A stretch of DNA of 64,000 bases, from the NCBI GenBank assembly GCA_030390025.1, contig CM059432.1, positions 78,556,001 to 78,620,000 of the forward strand, in the 5' to 3' direction. Source of the stretch: Squalus acanthias (taxonomy: Eukaryota). This document shows, one piece after another, positions 38,199 to 50,293 of the stretch. A program made the translations under genes and the position numbers. Each line of letters begins with the position of its first letter. Position 1 is the first letter of the stretch. The notes beneath the pieces were generated by a model. That model saw only the letters and a program-made list of their open reading frames with translations, had not been told where the DNA came from and searched no databases.

Positions 38199-39371
38199 TA
38201 AGTGTGGAAACCCTTGCAGTTGACAAACACTCCTGGGTGATGATGGGGTGCCCTGATGGCCACATGTGTGCAGTCGAAGACGCCCTGTACCTGTGGGAAG
38301 CCAGCCAGAGTGGCAAAGCCGAACGCCCGCTCAGTAACACTGGCTTCATCAGTGGCAAAGTTTATATAAATGGCTGAATTGTCAAAGAGGGCATCGGTTT
38401 TCTGTGTAATGCATTTGTGGGCAGCCGACTGCGAGATGTCGCAAATGTCTGCTGCAGATTCCCTGGAAGGAGCCTGAGGCGAAGAAGTTGAGATCACTGG
38501 TGACTTTGACAGCCACTGGTAAGGCGTGTCCACCCATTCCTCTGGGCTGCATGTCTTTCTCCAGCAATGTGAAAATGTCTGCGACAACCTGGCGTGATAG
38601 CCTGAGCCTCCTTTGGCACTGCTGCTCAGTCATGTTGAGGAAGCTCATCCTCTGCCTGTATGCCCTGTGTTGGGGTACCGCCTCCAGCGCGGTGCAGCCT
38701 TGCACTGATGCCCTCTGTCCTGTGCAGCATCAGGTGGTTGAGGAGAAGGTTTGTGGTGTTGTTGTTGGGGCTCATTGTGGTCTGATTCTATGGACCAAGG
38801 TGAGACAGTATAAACAGCACCCGTGCTGATGGAATAGATGGCAGGTCAAGTAGAGATGAGAGAAACATTCTGTCACTGGTGAGAGAGTTCTTCCAATGAG
38901 GTGAGATTGGATGGCAACTTTGCTACAAACACTTGCAGCCTGTAGAAAGCTAAATCTGTGCTAGAAATGCAGTCAGCAACAGCTTCTGCCTGAGGAAAGT
39001 GATCAGCTGTGAGGTGGGAGGTTTTATAGTACATTTCATGCTGTCAACTAATCAGCTGGATCAATGGCCACTCAACTCCTGCCTTAGGTTAACAGACATG
39101 GTTGCCGAGCTGCGTGAATCCCGTGGTCATTCATGGAATTTGAAAGGTAGGCTAAAAAAGGGGCTTAAGGGTTTGACAACAAGCTGATAATGATTTGAAT
39201 TAGGTCGCCTGCCTCTGCCGTTCGAGTCGCTGCTGCATCGGCAAACGCACCTGAGGGAAAGGCACGTGGGGGTGGGATGACGACAGGTTCCCGACCCGAT
39301 CCAACTTATTTCAAATTTCCCACCCGACCCACCTCTGATCGCGCCCCCATTGACCCCAGAAAATTCCGGCC
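38199..39371 (-). mobile_element. Harbinger fragment: transposase 5' half and one TIR
   Basis: [45 protein letters not shown]; terminus AAAATTCCGGCC. Confidence 0.82.
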
Positions 39372-39501
39372 AAGGTCACCATACCTGACGCTAGTTTTTT
39401 ATTCCAGATTTATTTAATTAACTGAATTTAAATTCCCCAGCTGCTGTGGTGGGATTTCAGCTCACATCTCCGGATCATTAGTCCAGGCCTCTGGATTACT
39501 C

Positions 39502-41197
39502 CAACACAATAGCAAAATACTGCGGATGCTGGAAATTTGAAACAACAGAAAATGCTGGAAATACTCAGCAGGTCAGGCAGCATCGTGGAGAGAGAAACAG
39601 AGTTAACGTTTCAGGTCGATGACCCTTCGTCAGAACTGGAAAAAGTTGGAGATGTAACAGATTTTTAAGCAGGTGCAGAGGCAGGGGCAGGGAGGAGGGG
39701 AGGAAAGAACAAAGGGGAAGGTCTGTGATAGGGTGGAAGGCAGGAGAGATTAAGAGACAAAAGGGATGATGGTGCAAGGCAAAAGGAGATGGTAATGGAA
39801 TAAGTAAAGAAACAAAAGATGAGTCTAGATGAGGTGTAAATGACAACGGCAGAATCATCAACAGCTGCCATGTGAGAGAAAAAAGAAAAAATAGGGGCCA
39901 AGGTTATAATCTGAAATTGCTGAACTCGATGTTGAGTCCAGATGGCTGTAAAGTGCCTAATTGAAAGATGAGGTGCTGTTCCTCGAGCTTACGTTGAGCT
40001 TCATTGGAACAGTGTAAGAGGCCGAGGATGGAGAGGTCAGAGTGGGAGTGGAGCGGAGAATTAAAGTGACAGGCGACCAGAAGCTCGGGGTCACGCTTAC
40101 AGACTGAATGGAGGTGTTCCGCAAAGCGGTCACCCAATCTGTGTTTGGTCCCCTCAATGTAGAGGAGACCGCATCGTGAGCAGCGAATACAGTATACTAA
40201 ATTGCAAGAAGTACAAGTAAATTGCTGTTTCACCTGGAAGGAGTGTTTGGGGCCCTGGATTGTGGGAAGGGAGGAGGTAAAAGGGCAGGTGTTGAATCTC
40301 CTGCGCTTGCATGGGAAGGTGTCGTGGGAAGGGGAAGGGGTGTTGGGGTGATAGAGGAGTGGACCAGGTGTGCCGCGGAGGGAACGGTCTCTTCGGAATG
40401 CTGAAAGGGGAGTGGGGGGAGAGAAGATGTGTTTGGTGGTGGGATCACGCTGGAGGTGGCGGAAATGGCGGAGGATGATCCGTTGAATGTGAAGGCTGGT
40501 GGGGTGAAAGGTAAGGACAAGGGGTACTCTATCGTGGTTCTGGGAGGGAGGGGAAGGGGTGAGAGCAGAAGTGCGGGAAATGGAACGGACACGGTCGAGG
40601 GCCATGTCAACCACGGTAGAGGGGTATCCTCGGTTGAGGAAAAAGGAAGACACATCGGAAGCACTAGTATGGAAGGTGGCATCATCAGAACAGATACGGC
40701 AGAGACAGAGAAACTAGGAGAATGGAATAGAGTCCTTACAGGAAGCAGGGTGGGAGGAAGTGTAGTCCAGGTAGCTGTGGGAGTCAGCTGGCTTTTACTG
40801 GATGTCTGTCGATCGCCTATGCCCAGAAATGGAGACAGAGAAGTCGCGGAAGGAAAGGGAAGAGTCGTAAATGGACCTTGTGAGGGAAGGGTGGAAATTG
40901 GAAGCAAAGTGAATGACATTTTCTAGTTCAGGGTGAGAGCAGGAAAAGGCACCAATACAGTCATCAATGTACCAGAAAAAGAGGTGAGGGAGCGGACCTG
41001 AGTAGGACTGGAACAAAGTTTGTGGATCTTGGGAAGGAGGTAGATGCGGGCTGTGCGGGGTTGGGGGACTATGAGGTTGACAGCCATGGAGGGAAGATCT
41101 CCAGAGGAGATGACGTCAGTGACAGTCTTGGAAACAATGGCTTGATGTTTGGTAGTGGGGTCATGGTCCAGGGGAGGTAGGAGGAGGTGTCAGAGAG
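39502..41197 (-). mobile_element. Penelope-like element (RT end, GIY-YIG endonuclease, pLTR)
   Basis: YIDDCIG; LVYCIRCSRCGLLYIEGT..RFAEH..GLN; 11-bp TSD CTGGATTACTC (39491-39501, 41198-41208) inside a SINE-like host. Confidence 0.9.
39601..39637 (-). ncRNA. Minimal hammerhead ribozyme motif in Penelope pLTR
   Basis: Minus strand AGTT-CTGACGA-AGGGTC-ATC-GACCT-GAAA-CGTT-AACT. Confidence 0.8.
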
Positions 41198-41646
41198 CTG
41201 GATTACTCGTCCAGTAACATACCCCTGATGTTACCTACATTAAGGTCTCTTCATGCCTACCCTAAGCTACTGCTTTTCCTGCTTCCCACACTAGATGTGT
41301 CGAGAATGGGGATTCGGGGTTGGGCATCAGTCCATTGGGTGCCTTCCCTCCCCCAGTCCAGGCAGAAAAGCTTGCCGCTGTTAACCTGTCAAACTAGCTT
41401 TGCTCAGCCAGTAATGCAGAAAGCTACAGTGATTTGGTATGTAATCAATAGTGTTGTCTTTCCAATGTGGTTTCAAGTGCTTAACAGGCTCCTAATTATA
41501 ATTCACAGCTGATGTAGAGGATTGGTGCTGGTCACTTTTCATTGGCTAGCACACTGTGTGGGAGAGAATGCCTACAGTTTTGCCCACAGACTGAATCCGC
41601 CAATGTTGTGTGTAAAGCAGTAGGGCTCAATTCTCTCAGAGATTTA

Positions 41647-42536
41647 GGGGGGAAATTTTGATTGCTTTGCGCCTCCCGTTAGCATCCTAAGAGGGCGCTA
41701 ATGGGGCGCAAAGCAACTAGTGCCCGGGCGCGGTGATGTTTGTGCTGCTCGCGAAATTGACCAGACATTTTGCGGAGGCGTTAAACACTACCGCCACGAT
41801 CTCCTGCGCCCGCAGATCGTGATGTCAGTCGAGCGTGCAACGCCCTGGTAGCACCCCGGACCAGATATTGAGTGGCGCCCCCTGCCTTTCCACCTGCCGC
41901 TAGCAATGACAGGTTGAGGGGAGTGTTTTGCAGTCGGGAAGGGACTGGGGGAGCGCTATTTAAAGGCGGCTGCTAGCAGCTTTTTTTGTCATCAACAGTT
42001 TTGCACCATGCATTCTGAGAGAGAGAGAGACTTCTGGAGAGATTCAACGCTGTGTGATGGAGTTTTGGGCTACTGAGCAGCACTTTGCAGGTTCATTTTG
42101 ATTTGACCTTCCTTGCATCGATTTAGAAGCGACTATGGGGGCTGCACTCTGAGCTCTTTCCCTGGGCTTCTCCATTGTTCTTTCCAGCAGATTTGATGTA
42201 CAGGTCTCTCCAGGCCGAGATTCAAGGCTGCAATGAGCAGGGTGTGGATGGGGAGCAAGATCGACCCTCCCCTTTAAGAACTGGCTGGCGCTAGTGTGTC
42301 TGTGTTCCATTGCTGACTGACATCACATGAGCTTCGCCAGCGCTCTGAGGTAGCGCCTCGCTCCTCGGCGTTAGCGCCTTAAGAGAGGTGTGTAGCGCCT
42401 GATTTAGCGCTCCAATCACCTCCAGGGGCAATAGAAGCCAAGTTTGCAGTCGGAGGCGATAATTAGCGCCAGGCGCTAAACTTTGCGCCCGGCCGCTAAT
42501 TGCGCCCCAAACGGGACGATACCGAATTTCTCCCCC
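41647..42536. mobile_element. Harbinger family A MITE (deletion derivative)
   Basis: Inverted homolog of 53113-54005 with the same internal junction; flanks TTA/GTA. Confidence 0.88.
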
Positions 42537-42561
42537 GTATAGTTTACTCATGAATAGTACA

Positions 42562-42776
42562 TGTCATAAATCGCAAGTAACAACTCAGGAAGTACTACTG
42601 GGCGGCCAGCTGGGGCGCCGTCCAGGGAGTATAAATACTCAGGCATGGGCCCACCTTGGGCAGAGACAATCTGGAAACAGGAAGCTAGTGACTGCTAACT
42701 AGACCTCCATGTTTTGTTACAAGTTGATTAAAGCCTTGCTTTATGTTCAAGTGTGTAGTGAGTCTTTATTACGTCA
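42562..42776 (+). mobile_element. 215-bp solo LTR
   Basis: TGTCATAA..TTACGTCA; 5-bp TSD GTACA (42557-42561, 42777-42781); TATAAATA ~42630 and ATTAAA ~42728. Confidence 0.82.
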
Positions 42777-44303
42777 GTACACCAATAGCAAAATTCTATG
42801 CTCAAAAAAGGAAAGCCTAAGAATACAATTTACAGTTGTACAAGCCTATCAGCTGTTACATTTGCATTCCTCTACATTTATGGGAATGTAATTTTAAAGA
42901 TGCTTTCCCCTTGATGGCTTTACTTTTAATTGGTGTGAAAAATACTGAAACGAATTGATGACGGATTTTCTGGATTTGTTAAAGGTTACTCTGGTCATGG
43001 ATTAGTCGAAAAAGATAGCTTTATGTCGAGTCCTCTGAGCATCTGATGACTAATCCACATCGATCCCAACACTACAAAGAAGAAGTAATTTTAGATATAC
43101 TTTTTAGCTGTTGGAATAGTTTAAACTGATGTTGCATGTTCAGAATATAAGTGGCAAAGATAATACATAGCTGTTAACAATGTAGTTACCAACATATTGT
43201 ACAATGGGAGAGTTTCAAGAATACCTTTCATTTAATGTGCCTTCTTAAGGAAAATTTAGTCCAACCAAAGGCATCTGTTTATGCAAATTTTTACTGAGGT
43301 TCAATAACAAAAGCAAAAATGAATTAGCTATATATCAAAACCTTGTGCATCTGGGTGTCGAGGATGATAGATGTCTTTGTTTGATGTTGCTTTATAATGT
43401 TATTCGCTCAGTAGGTGAATGCACCATTTGCTGTGTTACCGTCATAGAAACTAGGAAGGCCCCACATTTAATCCCTGGTCTGAGCCGAATTAAATGATTT
43501 AAGCCAGAGTGCCAGTAGGGACACTAAACTTGGTTTTAGCATTCTTGGGTTAGGGAGTAGGAGGGAAAGATCATAAGAAATAAGAAATAGGAGCAGAAGC
43601 AGGCCATTCGGCCCCTCGAGCCTGCTCCGCCACTTAATGAGATCATGGATGATCCGATTTTAGCCTCAACTCCACTTTCCTGCCCGCTCCCCATAACCCT
43701 TGATTCCCCTGTTGCTCAAAAATCTGTCTATCTCAGCTTTGAATATATTCAATGACTCAGCCTCCACAGCTCTCTGGGGTAAAGAATTCCAAAGATTCAC
43801 GACCCTCTGAGAGAAGAAATTGCTCCTGATCTCCATCTTAAATGGGCGACTCCTTATTCTGAAACTATGCCCCCTAGTTCTAGATTCCCTGACGAGGAGA
43901 AACATCCTCTCAGCATCTACCCTGTCCAACCCCCTCAGAATCTTATGGGGTAGAAATTAGGTCGCGCCCCATTTGGGGCGCAAATATCGTCCGCGCGCAA
44001 ATATTAGCGCCTGGCGCTAATTATCGGCACTGACAGGAAACTTCACTTTTACCGCCCCGGGAGGTGAGTGGAGCGCTAAATTAGGCGCTGCACACCTCTC
44101 TTAAGGCGCAAAGGCCTAGGAGTGAGGCGCTAACTCAGCGCACGAGCGCAGCGCAGCTGCTGCCAGTTAGCGCGGGAACACAGACACACTGGCGCCGGAC
44201 ACTTCTTAAAGCGGGGGGGGCCACTTGCTCCCCAGCCACACCCTGCTCATTGCAGCCTTGAATCTCAGCCTGGAGAGACCTGTAATCCATTTTGCTGCCA
44301 AGC

Positions 44304-46429
44304 ATGGAGAGGGTGAGAGAACGCGCTCATCGCTTCACCGAGCGGGCCTTGGATGCTCTGGTTGACGCAGTGGAGCGCAGACGATGCATGCTGTTCCCAG
44401 AGAGTGGCAGGAGGCCTTTGCCACGCGAGTTCAGAAGAGTGTGGAGGGAGGTGGCTCAGAGCGTCTCCTCCAGGAGCATGGTGCCCAGGACCCATGTCCA
44501 GTGCCGCAAAAAGTTCAACGACCTCACTCGGGTCGTCAGGGTGAGTGGCTTTTTCTCAATACCTCTCCATCCCTCCATCTCAACCTCACTCTATGGCCAG
44601 AGGGTCTTAAAACCCCAATGCACAACACTCATCCAACACCTATGGCCCTTTCATCAAACACACACACACATTCCACACTTTGCATACAGTAAGGGCTATT
44701 CACCTATGGGAGGCACATCAGGCAAGACCATGGCTGCATACAGTAAGGGCTATTCACCTATGGGAGGCACATCAGGCAAGACCATGGCTGCATACAGTAA
44801 GGGCTATTCACCTATGGGAGGCACATCAGGCAAGACCATGGCTGCATATTGTAAGGGCTATTCACCTATGGGAGGCACATCAGGCAAGACCATGGCTGCA
44901 TATTGTAAGGGCTATTCACCTATGGGAGGCACATCAGGCAAGACCATGGCTGCATATTGTAAGGGCTATTCACCTATGGGAGGCACATCAGGCAAGACCA
45001 TGGCTGTATATTGACTCAGATGCTGTCCTTTTTCTTGCAGGCTAAGCTGGCTCATAATCGGAGACAGCAGCAACGGACGGGTGGAGGGCGGCTTCAGCTG
45101 CAACCCCTCAGCGATCTGGAGGAGCGCGTCCACAGGATTGTGGCAAGCCAGGTGATCGGTCCCGTCGCCACTGGGGACACCGACCCCGTTGTGGACAGCA
45201 ATGGTAAGGTCATCACCTTTTTGTCCTCTGTCCTTCCACTTGTCCCTCACAATACCAGCCTTTGACACTTTCAATCCAACTTGCTAACTCGCTGCACTTA
45301 TTCCTCCCTTACTGCCACCCTGTCCTCACGCTAAAGCCACTCTTGTACCTCCCTGCTTTCAGATGGTGATTCACCAGCTGAGGAGATGGTCCCTGAAGCT
45401 GCCACTGGGAGTGATGCTGCAGCTGAGGAGGAAGAGGAAGCCGGAGCATCAGTGCCACCCTCTCCCGAGGAAGCCCATGGCCACACTGGGAACACGCCTT
45501 CCCCGGAGGGGAGCAGGGGGGAAGGGGCTGATGATGGTGAAGTTGCAGGACCCAGCGGGCTGCAGCAACGCCATGGGGGGGGGAGGGAAGAACGGGGGAG
45601 CAGGGGGGAAGGGGCTGATGATGGTGAAGTTCCAGGACCCAGCGGGCTGCAGCAACGCCATGGGGGGGGGAGGGAAGAACGGGAGCCTTCTCCCCAGAGG
45701 GAGAGTATGCCAGACACTCCTACTGCAATGGACGCAGAGGAGGAGCGGCTGATTGCAGAAATGAACAGCCAGGCGGTGGTCATGCACACTGAGCTCATGG
45801 GTGCAGTGGGAAGGGTGCCCGAATGCATTGAGGCACTGGCAAGGAGTGTGGAGCACTTCGCTGTAGCACAGGCGGATGCCACACTAAAGCTTACTGCTGC
45901 AATTCAGTCACTGGCTGCCAGGAACCCATCTGAGCCTGCTCTCATGCAGACTCAGATTGAGGCCACGCGAGCACTGACTGCTGCCATCCTCGATGGTTCG
46001 TGCACATGTCCCCGGGGCTGTCACCGCGCCGCAGCAGGCCAGCAATCTGTTCTCCGGCAAATTGCTCCGGATGCTGAAGTGCTGCCCCGTGGGAGTGCCA
46101 GTGTGTCGGGCGAGCAGGGAGTTGCTGTCCTCTCTCACGATGACAGCATTCCTGCTGCCAACACTGTCACTTCTCCACTGCACTTGCCACCGCCTGTAGG
46201 ACAGACTGCTGCCGCCCATGCAGAGTTGGTGCAGTCTGCAGCCGGGCCCTCCAGGCCCAGAAGTGGTCGAGGCCGTCCTTCAGGGGCATCTGCAGTGTCA
46301 GGGTGTGACAAGCAGCAGCCTTCCACCAGCCTTGCTGCAGCCACTGAGGTCCCATTACGGAGGAGCAGTAGGGTTAGAAGGGGGGAAGTGCGCAAGGGAA
46401 GGAGATCACCCTCGAAGGGCAAAAAGTAG
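44304..46429 (+). CDS. Myb/SANT-like DNA-binding partner protein, spliced, 488 aa
   Basis: Exons 44304-44540, 45041-45203, 45363-46429 (1467 nt) join in frame through GT-AG introns; RFTERALDALV..WREVAQSV..RTHVQCRKKFNDL..RTGGG. Confidence 0.85.
44681..45013 (+). repeat. 54-bp minisatellite, 6 copies, in Myb intron 1
   Basis: Unit TGCATA(CA/TT)GTAAGGGCTATTCACCTATGGGAGGCACATCAGGCAAGACCATGGC. Confidence 0.95.
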
Positions 46430-46723
46430 GAGGTGTGCCAAAATGCTGGTCATTTTTTTATTAAAGGCCGAGGTTCATGGCCCAACTTTTGTTTAGTGTT
46501 TTGGACATTATCTCCAGGTTGTGAGAACCAGTTATGTTATTGACTGTTTTTTTGTGTTTATTTCTGTGAGTTTGTCATGAGGAATTGACACACACAGAGT
46601 TTGTACAATAAATAAGTTTCTGTATTCAAAATATACATGGCTGGTGGTTGGAATTATTGGTGCCTTGGCCGGCTTAGGGGTTGCGTGCTGGGTTGATTCG
46701 TGTTTGTAGCACTGGCAGGGGCC

Positions 46724-47884
46724 CTAGAAGCGGCTTGCTATTAGTCGTTGACGGACGGCCCTTGCAGTTTGACCATTGTGGGCCGCCCTCCTGCCTTGGT
46801 GCTGCTGCTGATCATCGTCCTCGGCCTGTTCCTCCTCTTCCTCCTCCTCCTCTTGTGGTGCTGCAAGGCCTGGTGGCATTGGCTGCGTCCTGAGGATTGC
46901 CATGTTGTGCAACATGCAGCACACCACTACGAATTTGGAAACTTGCTCAGGCGAGTACTGCAGGGCTCCTCCGGAATGGTCCAGAAAGCGGAATCGTTGT
47001 TTGAGCACGCCGATTGTGCGCTCAATAATGTTCCTGGTTGCTTGTTGGCTTTCCTGGTACCGCAGCTCAGCAGGGGTGTTTGGCGCACGGAGCGGTGTCA
47101 TCAGCCAGGTGCTCAATGCGTACCCCTTGTCCCCCAGAAGCCAACCAACTGGCTGATGCGGTGCCTCGAAAATTTCTGCCACAGTACTCTGGCGCAGGAT
47201 GAAAGCATCGTGGCAGCTGCCCGGATAGTGGGCATTGACAGCGAGAATCACCTGTCTGTGGTCACAGACCAACTGCACATTCAAGGAATGGAACCCCTTT
47301 CTGTTCCAGAACTCCTCTGCATTCTCTCGCGGAGCACGCAAAGCCACATGCGTGCAGTCAATGGCGCCCTGCACCATGGGGAAGCCCGCTACCCTCGCAA
47401 AGCCCATAGCACGGTCATGCTGCTTGTCTGGGGTCATAGGGAAGGAGATGAAGTCTCGTCTCCTTGTGAAGAGGGCATTGGTGACCTGCCGAATGCAGCG
47501 ATGCACCGCAAACTGGGAGATATTGGCGAGGTCCCCAACAGCAGCTTGGAATGAGCCAGTGGCGTAGAAGTTCAAGGCCACTGTGACCTTCACTGCCACC
47601 GACAGAGACGTCCTGGACCTCAGCTGAGGCTGCAGATCTGGCTGCAGCAGGTGGCAGAGCTCAGTGACCACCTCCTTGCTGAATCGCAGCCTTCGCAAAC
47701 ACAGCTCCTCGGACATGTGGATGTAGGAGAGCTGTTCACGATATACCCTGGGAGGGTAAGCTCTCCTGTACATGCGCCTGATGGGCCTCCTCCGTCTGGC
47801 CATCATTGCCACTCTCTGTCTGCGTCTCACTCTGCTCCGATTGAGCTGGAGCAGGACGACGCCCCCAATCATTGCAGCCCCCAT
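46724..47884 (-). CDS. Harbinger DDE transposase (HARBI1-like), 386 aa
   Basis: Uninterrupted [50 protein letters not shown]. Confidence 0.95.
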   Translation of the reverse strand: MGAAMIGGVVLLQLNRSRVRRRQRVAMMARRRRPIRRMYRRAYPPRVYREQLSYIHMSEELCLRRLRFSKEVVTELCHLLQPDLQPQLRSRTSLSVAVKVTVALNFYATGSFQAAVGDLANISQFAVHRCIRQVTNALFTRRRDFISFPMTPDKQHDRAMGFARVAGFPMVQGAIDCTHVALRAPRENAEEFWNRKGFHSLNVQLVCDHRQVILAVNAHYPGSCHDAFILRQSTVAEIFEAPHQPVGWLLGDKGYALSTWLMTPLRAPNTPAELRYQESQQATRNIIERTIGVLKQRFRFLDHSGGALQYSPEQVSKFVVVCCMLHNMAILRTQPMPPGLAAPQEEEEEEEEQAEDDDQQQHQGRRAAHNGQTARAVRQRLIASRF

Positions 47885-48789
47885 CTTCTCTTTGCCAGAA
47901 AAGTAATGAGGTACAGCAACGAAAGTAGCAGCAAAGTTAGGATGAACTAGGCAAAACTACCTCACAAAGCGTTGAGTCAATGTAGAAGTCTCTCTCTCTC
48001 TCTCTCCGAATCTCTCTCTCTCTCTCAGAACGAGTGGTGCATAAATGTCGACCACAGAAAAAGACAGGAAGAGGCCCCCTTTAAATAGCGCCCCCCCCAG
48101 CCCCACACCGATTGATAACGTTCCAGTCTTCCGGTCGTTGGAAGCGCCAGGCGGTAAGGCAGGGGGCGCCACTCAATTTCCGCTCCGGGGCGCCCCAAGG
48201 GCGTTGCACCACGGACTGATGTCACAATCTGCGCGCGCAGGTGGTCGCAGCGGTAAGTTTTAGCGCCGCCGCACAATCTCAAGTTAAGTTCTCGAGCGGC
48301 GCAAACAGCGCTGCGCCCGGGCGTTAGCGCCTTAACGCCCCATTAGCGCCCATTTAAGGCGCTAACGGGAGGCGCAACCAACTGAATTTTTACCCCTATA
48401 TGTTTCAATAAGATCACCTCTCATTCTTCTAAACTCCAATGAGTATAGGATCAACCTGCTCAACCTTTCCTCATAAGACAACCCTTCCATCCCAGGAATC
48501 AACCTAGTGAACATTCTCTGAACTGCCTCCAATGCAAGTATATCCCTCCTTAAATAAGGGAACCAAAACTGTACGCAGTACTCTAGGTGTGGTCTCACCA
48601 GCGCCCTGTACAGTTGTAGCAAGACTTCCCTACTTTTATACTCTATCCCCCTTGAAATAAAGGCCAACATTCCATTTGTCTTCCTAATTACTCGCTGCAC
48701 CTGCATTTTAACTTTTTGTGTTTCATGTACGAGGACACCCAAATCCCTCTGTACCATTGCATTCTGTAGTCTTTCTCCATTTAAATAAT

Positions 48790-49548
48790 GGCCCGTATTT
48801 TCCGATCCCCACGGATGTGTACGAGCTGTGTACACACCCGTAGGGGCCGCACAAGTGCCGGTTTCAGGCATGCGAAGCGCATGCGCTGAAAACCGGCACT
48901 TCCAATCTGTCAAGAATCCTCTTGACAGATCCTCACCTGCCCTGGAGAAGGGCCTCTGCGGGCAGGGAGTTGCGCTTTCGGCAGAACCTCCGCTCGCTGA
49001 AAATCTTTAAAAATCTTACACCTGGTAAAAGCAGGCATAAGGCATAAGGCTTGCTTTTACCAGCATAAGAGTTTAAAAAGGTAAAAAAAAAAAATTCCCA
49101 CTCATTTATAATTTAAAAATACTTTCAAAAAAAGGTAAGTTTATTTTTAGCTCTGTAAAAAACTTTAATTATTTTTTTCAAAATTTTTGTTTAAAATATT
49201 TAATTTAATGTAATTTTAATTAATTTTAAATACGTGATTTAAAAAAATATATATTTAATGTTTTAGTGTGTTTTTTGAGTGATCCCCATTCATACTTTTG
49301 ACAGTTCTATGCTGAGAGACCTGTCAAAAGTGTGAAGGGGGATTCCCTTCTTTGATTGGTTCTCCATGGCCCACGTGATCCCAGGGACACTTGCGAACTT
49401 CCTGCGCCCCTGGGATACCTGGGCCTCTGTGCGCACGCACCAGGAGACGCCCAGGAGCAGAAGTGTTGGGACCTACAGAGCCAGCAGGTAACTTCGTAGA
49501 TTTTTTCCAGATCGGAGGCAGGAATCCTCCGATCGGAAAATCCGGGCC
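48790..49548. mobile_element. Harbinger-type MITE, third family
   Basis: TIRs GGCCCGTATTTTCCGATC / GATCGGAAAATCCGGGCC; TSD AAT; AT-rich core ~49070-49270. Confidence 0.85.
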
Positions 49549-49557
49549 AATATTTTT

Positions 49558-50293
49558 CATAGAAACATAGAACATAGAAACATAGAAAAATAGTAGCAGG
49601 AGTAGGCCATTCAGCCCATCGAGCCTGCTCCGCCATTCAATATGATCATGGCTGATCCTCTATCTCAATACCATATTCCCCTTCCCTCCCCATACCCTTT
49701 GATGCCTTTTGTGTCTAGAAATCTATCTATCTCCTTCTTAAATATATTCAGTGACTTGGCCTCCACAGCCTTCTGTGGTAATGAATTCCACAGGTTCACC
49801 ACCCTCTGAGTGAAGAAATTTCTCCTCATCTGAATCCTAAATGTCCTACCCTGTATCCTGAGACTGTGACCCCTCGTTCTCAACCCCCCGGGGGAAACAT
49901 CCTCCCTGCATCCAGTCTGTCTAGCCCTGTCAGAATTTTATACGTTTCAATGAGATCCCTTCTCATTCTTCTAAACTCTAGTGAATACAGTCCTAGTCGA
50001 CCCAATCTCTCCTCATACGACAGTCCTGCCATCCCAGGAATCAGTCTGGTGAACCTTCGCTGCACTCCCTCTATGGCAAGTATATCCTTTCTTAGGTAAG
50101 GAGACCAAAACTGCACACAGTACTCCAGGTGTGGTCTCACCAAGTCCCTGTATAACTGTAGTAAGACATCCTTGCTCCTGTACTCAAATCCTCTTGCAAT
50201 GAAGGCCAACATACCATTTGCCTTCTTAACTGCTTGCTGCACCTGCATGTTTGCTTTTAGTGACTGGTGTACAAGGACTCCCAGGTCCCTTTG
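49558..50293 (-). mobile_element. CR1 3' fragment nested in CR1
   Basis: Own ATAGAAAC-type tail; DLQRDLGVLVH to KGIKGYG. Confidence 0.85.

Larger units (their letters stand above)
43947..48396. mobile_element. Full-length autonomous PIF/Harbinger transposon (family A)
   Basis: TIRs GGGGTAGAAATT / AATTTTTACCCC; TSD TAT; removal restores CR1 AGAATCTTATATGTTTC; two convergent open genes. Confidence 0.95.

Noticed and set aside
42950..43050. Possible box C/D snoRNA (TGATGA..CTGA)
   Set aside because: Box C lacks the leading purine, no clear terminal stem or recognisable guide; needs an Rfam scan
44681..45013. CRISPR-like array
   Set aside because: Units are contiguous with no unique spacers, no cas genes, eukaryotic context
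46724..47884. Domesticated host HARBI1/NAIF1 locus
   Set aside because: Bounded by TIRs and a TSD inside a CR1, with related decayed copies nearby
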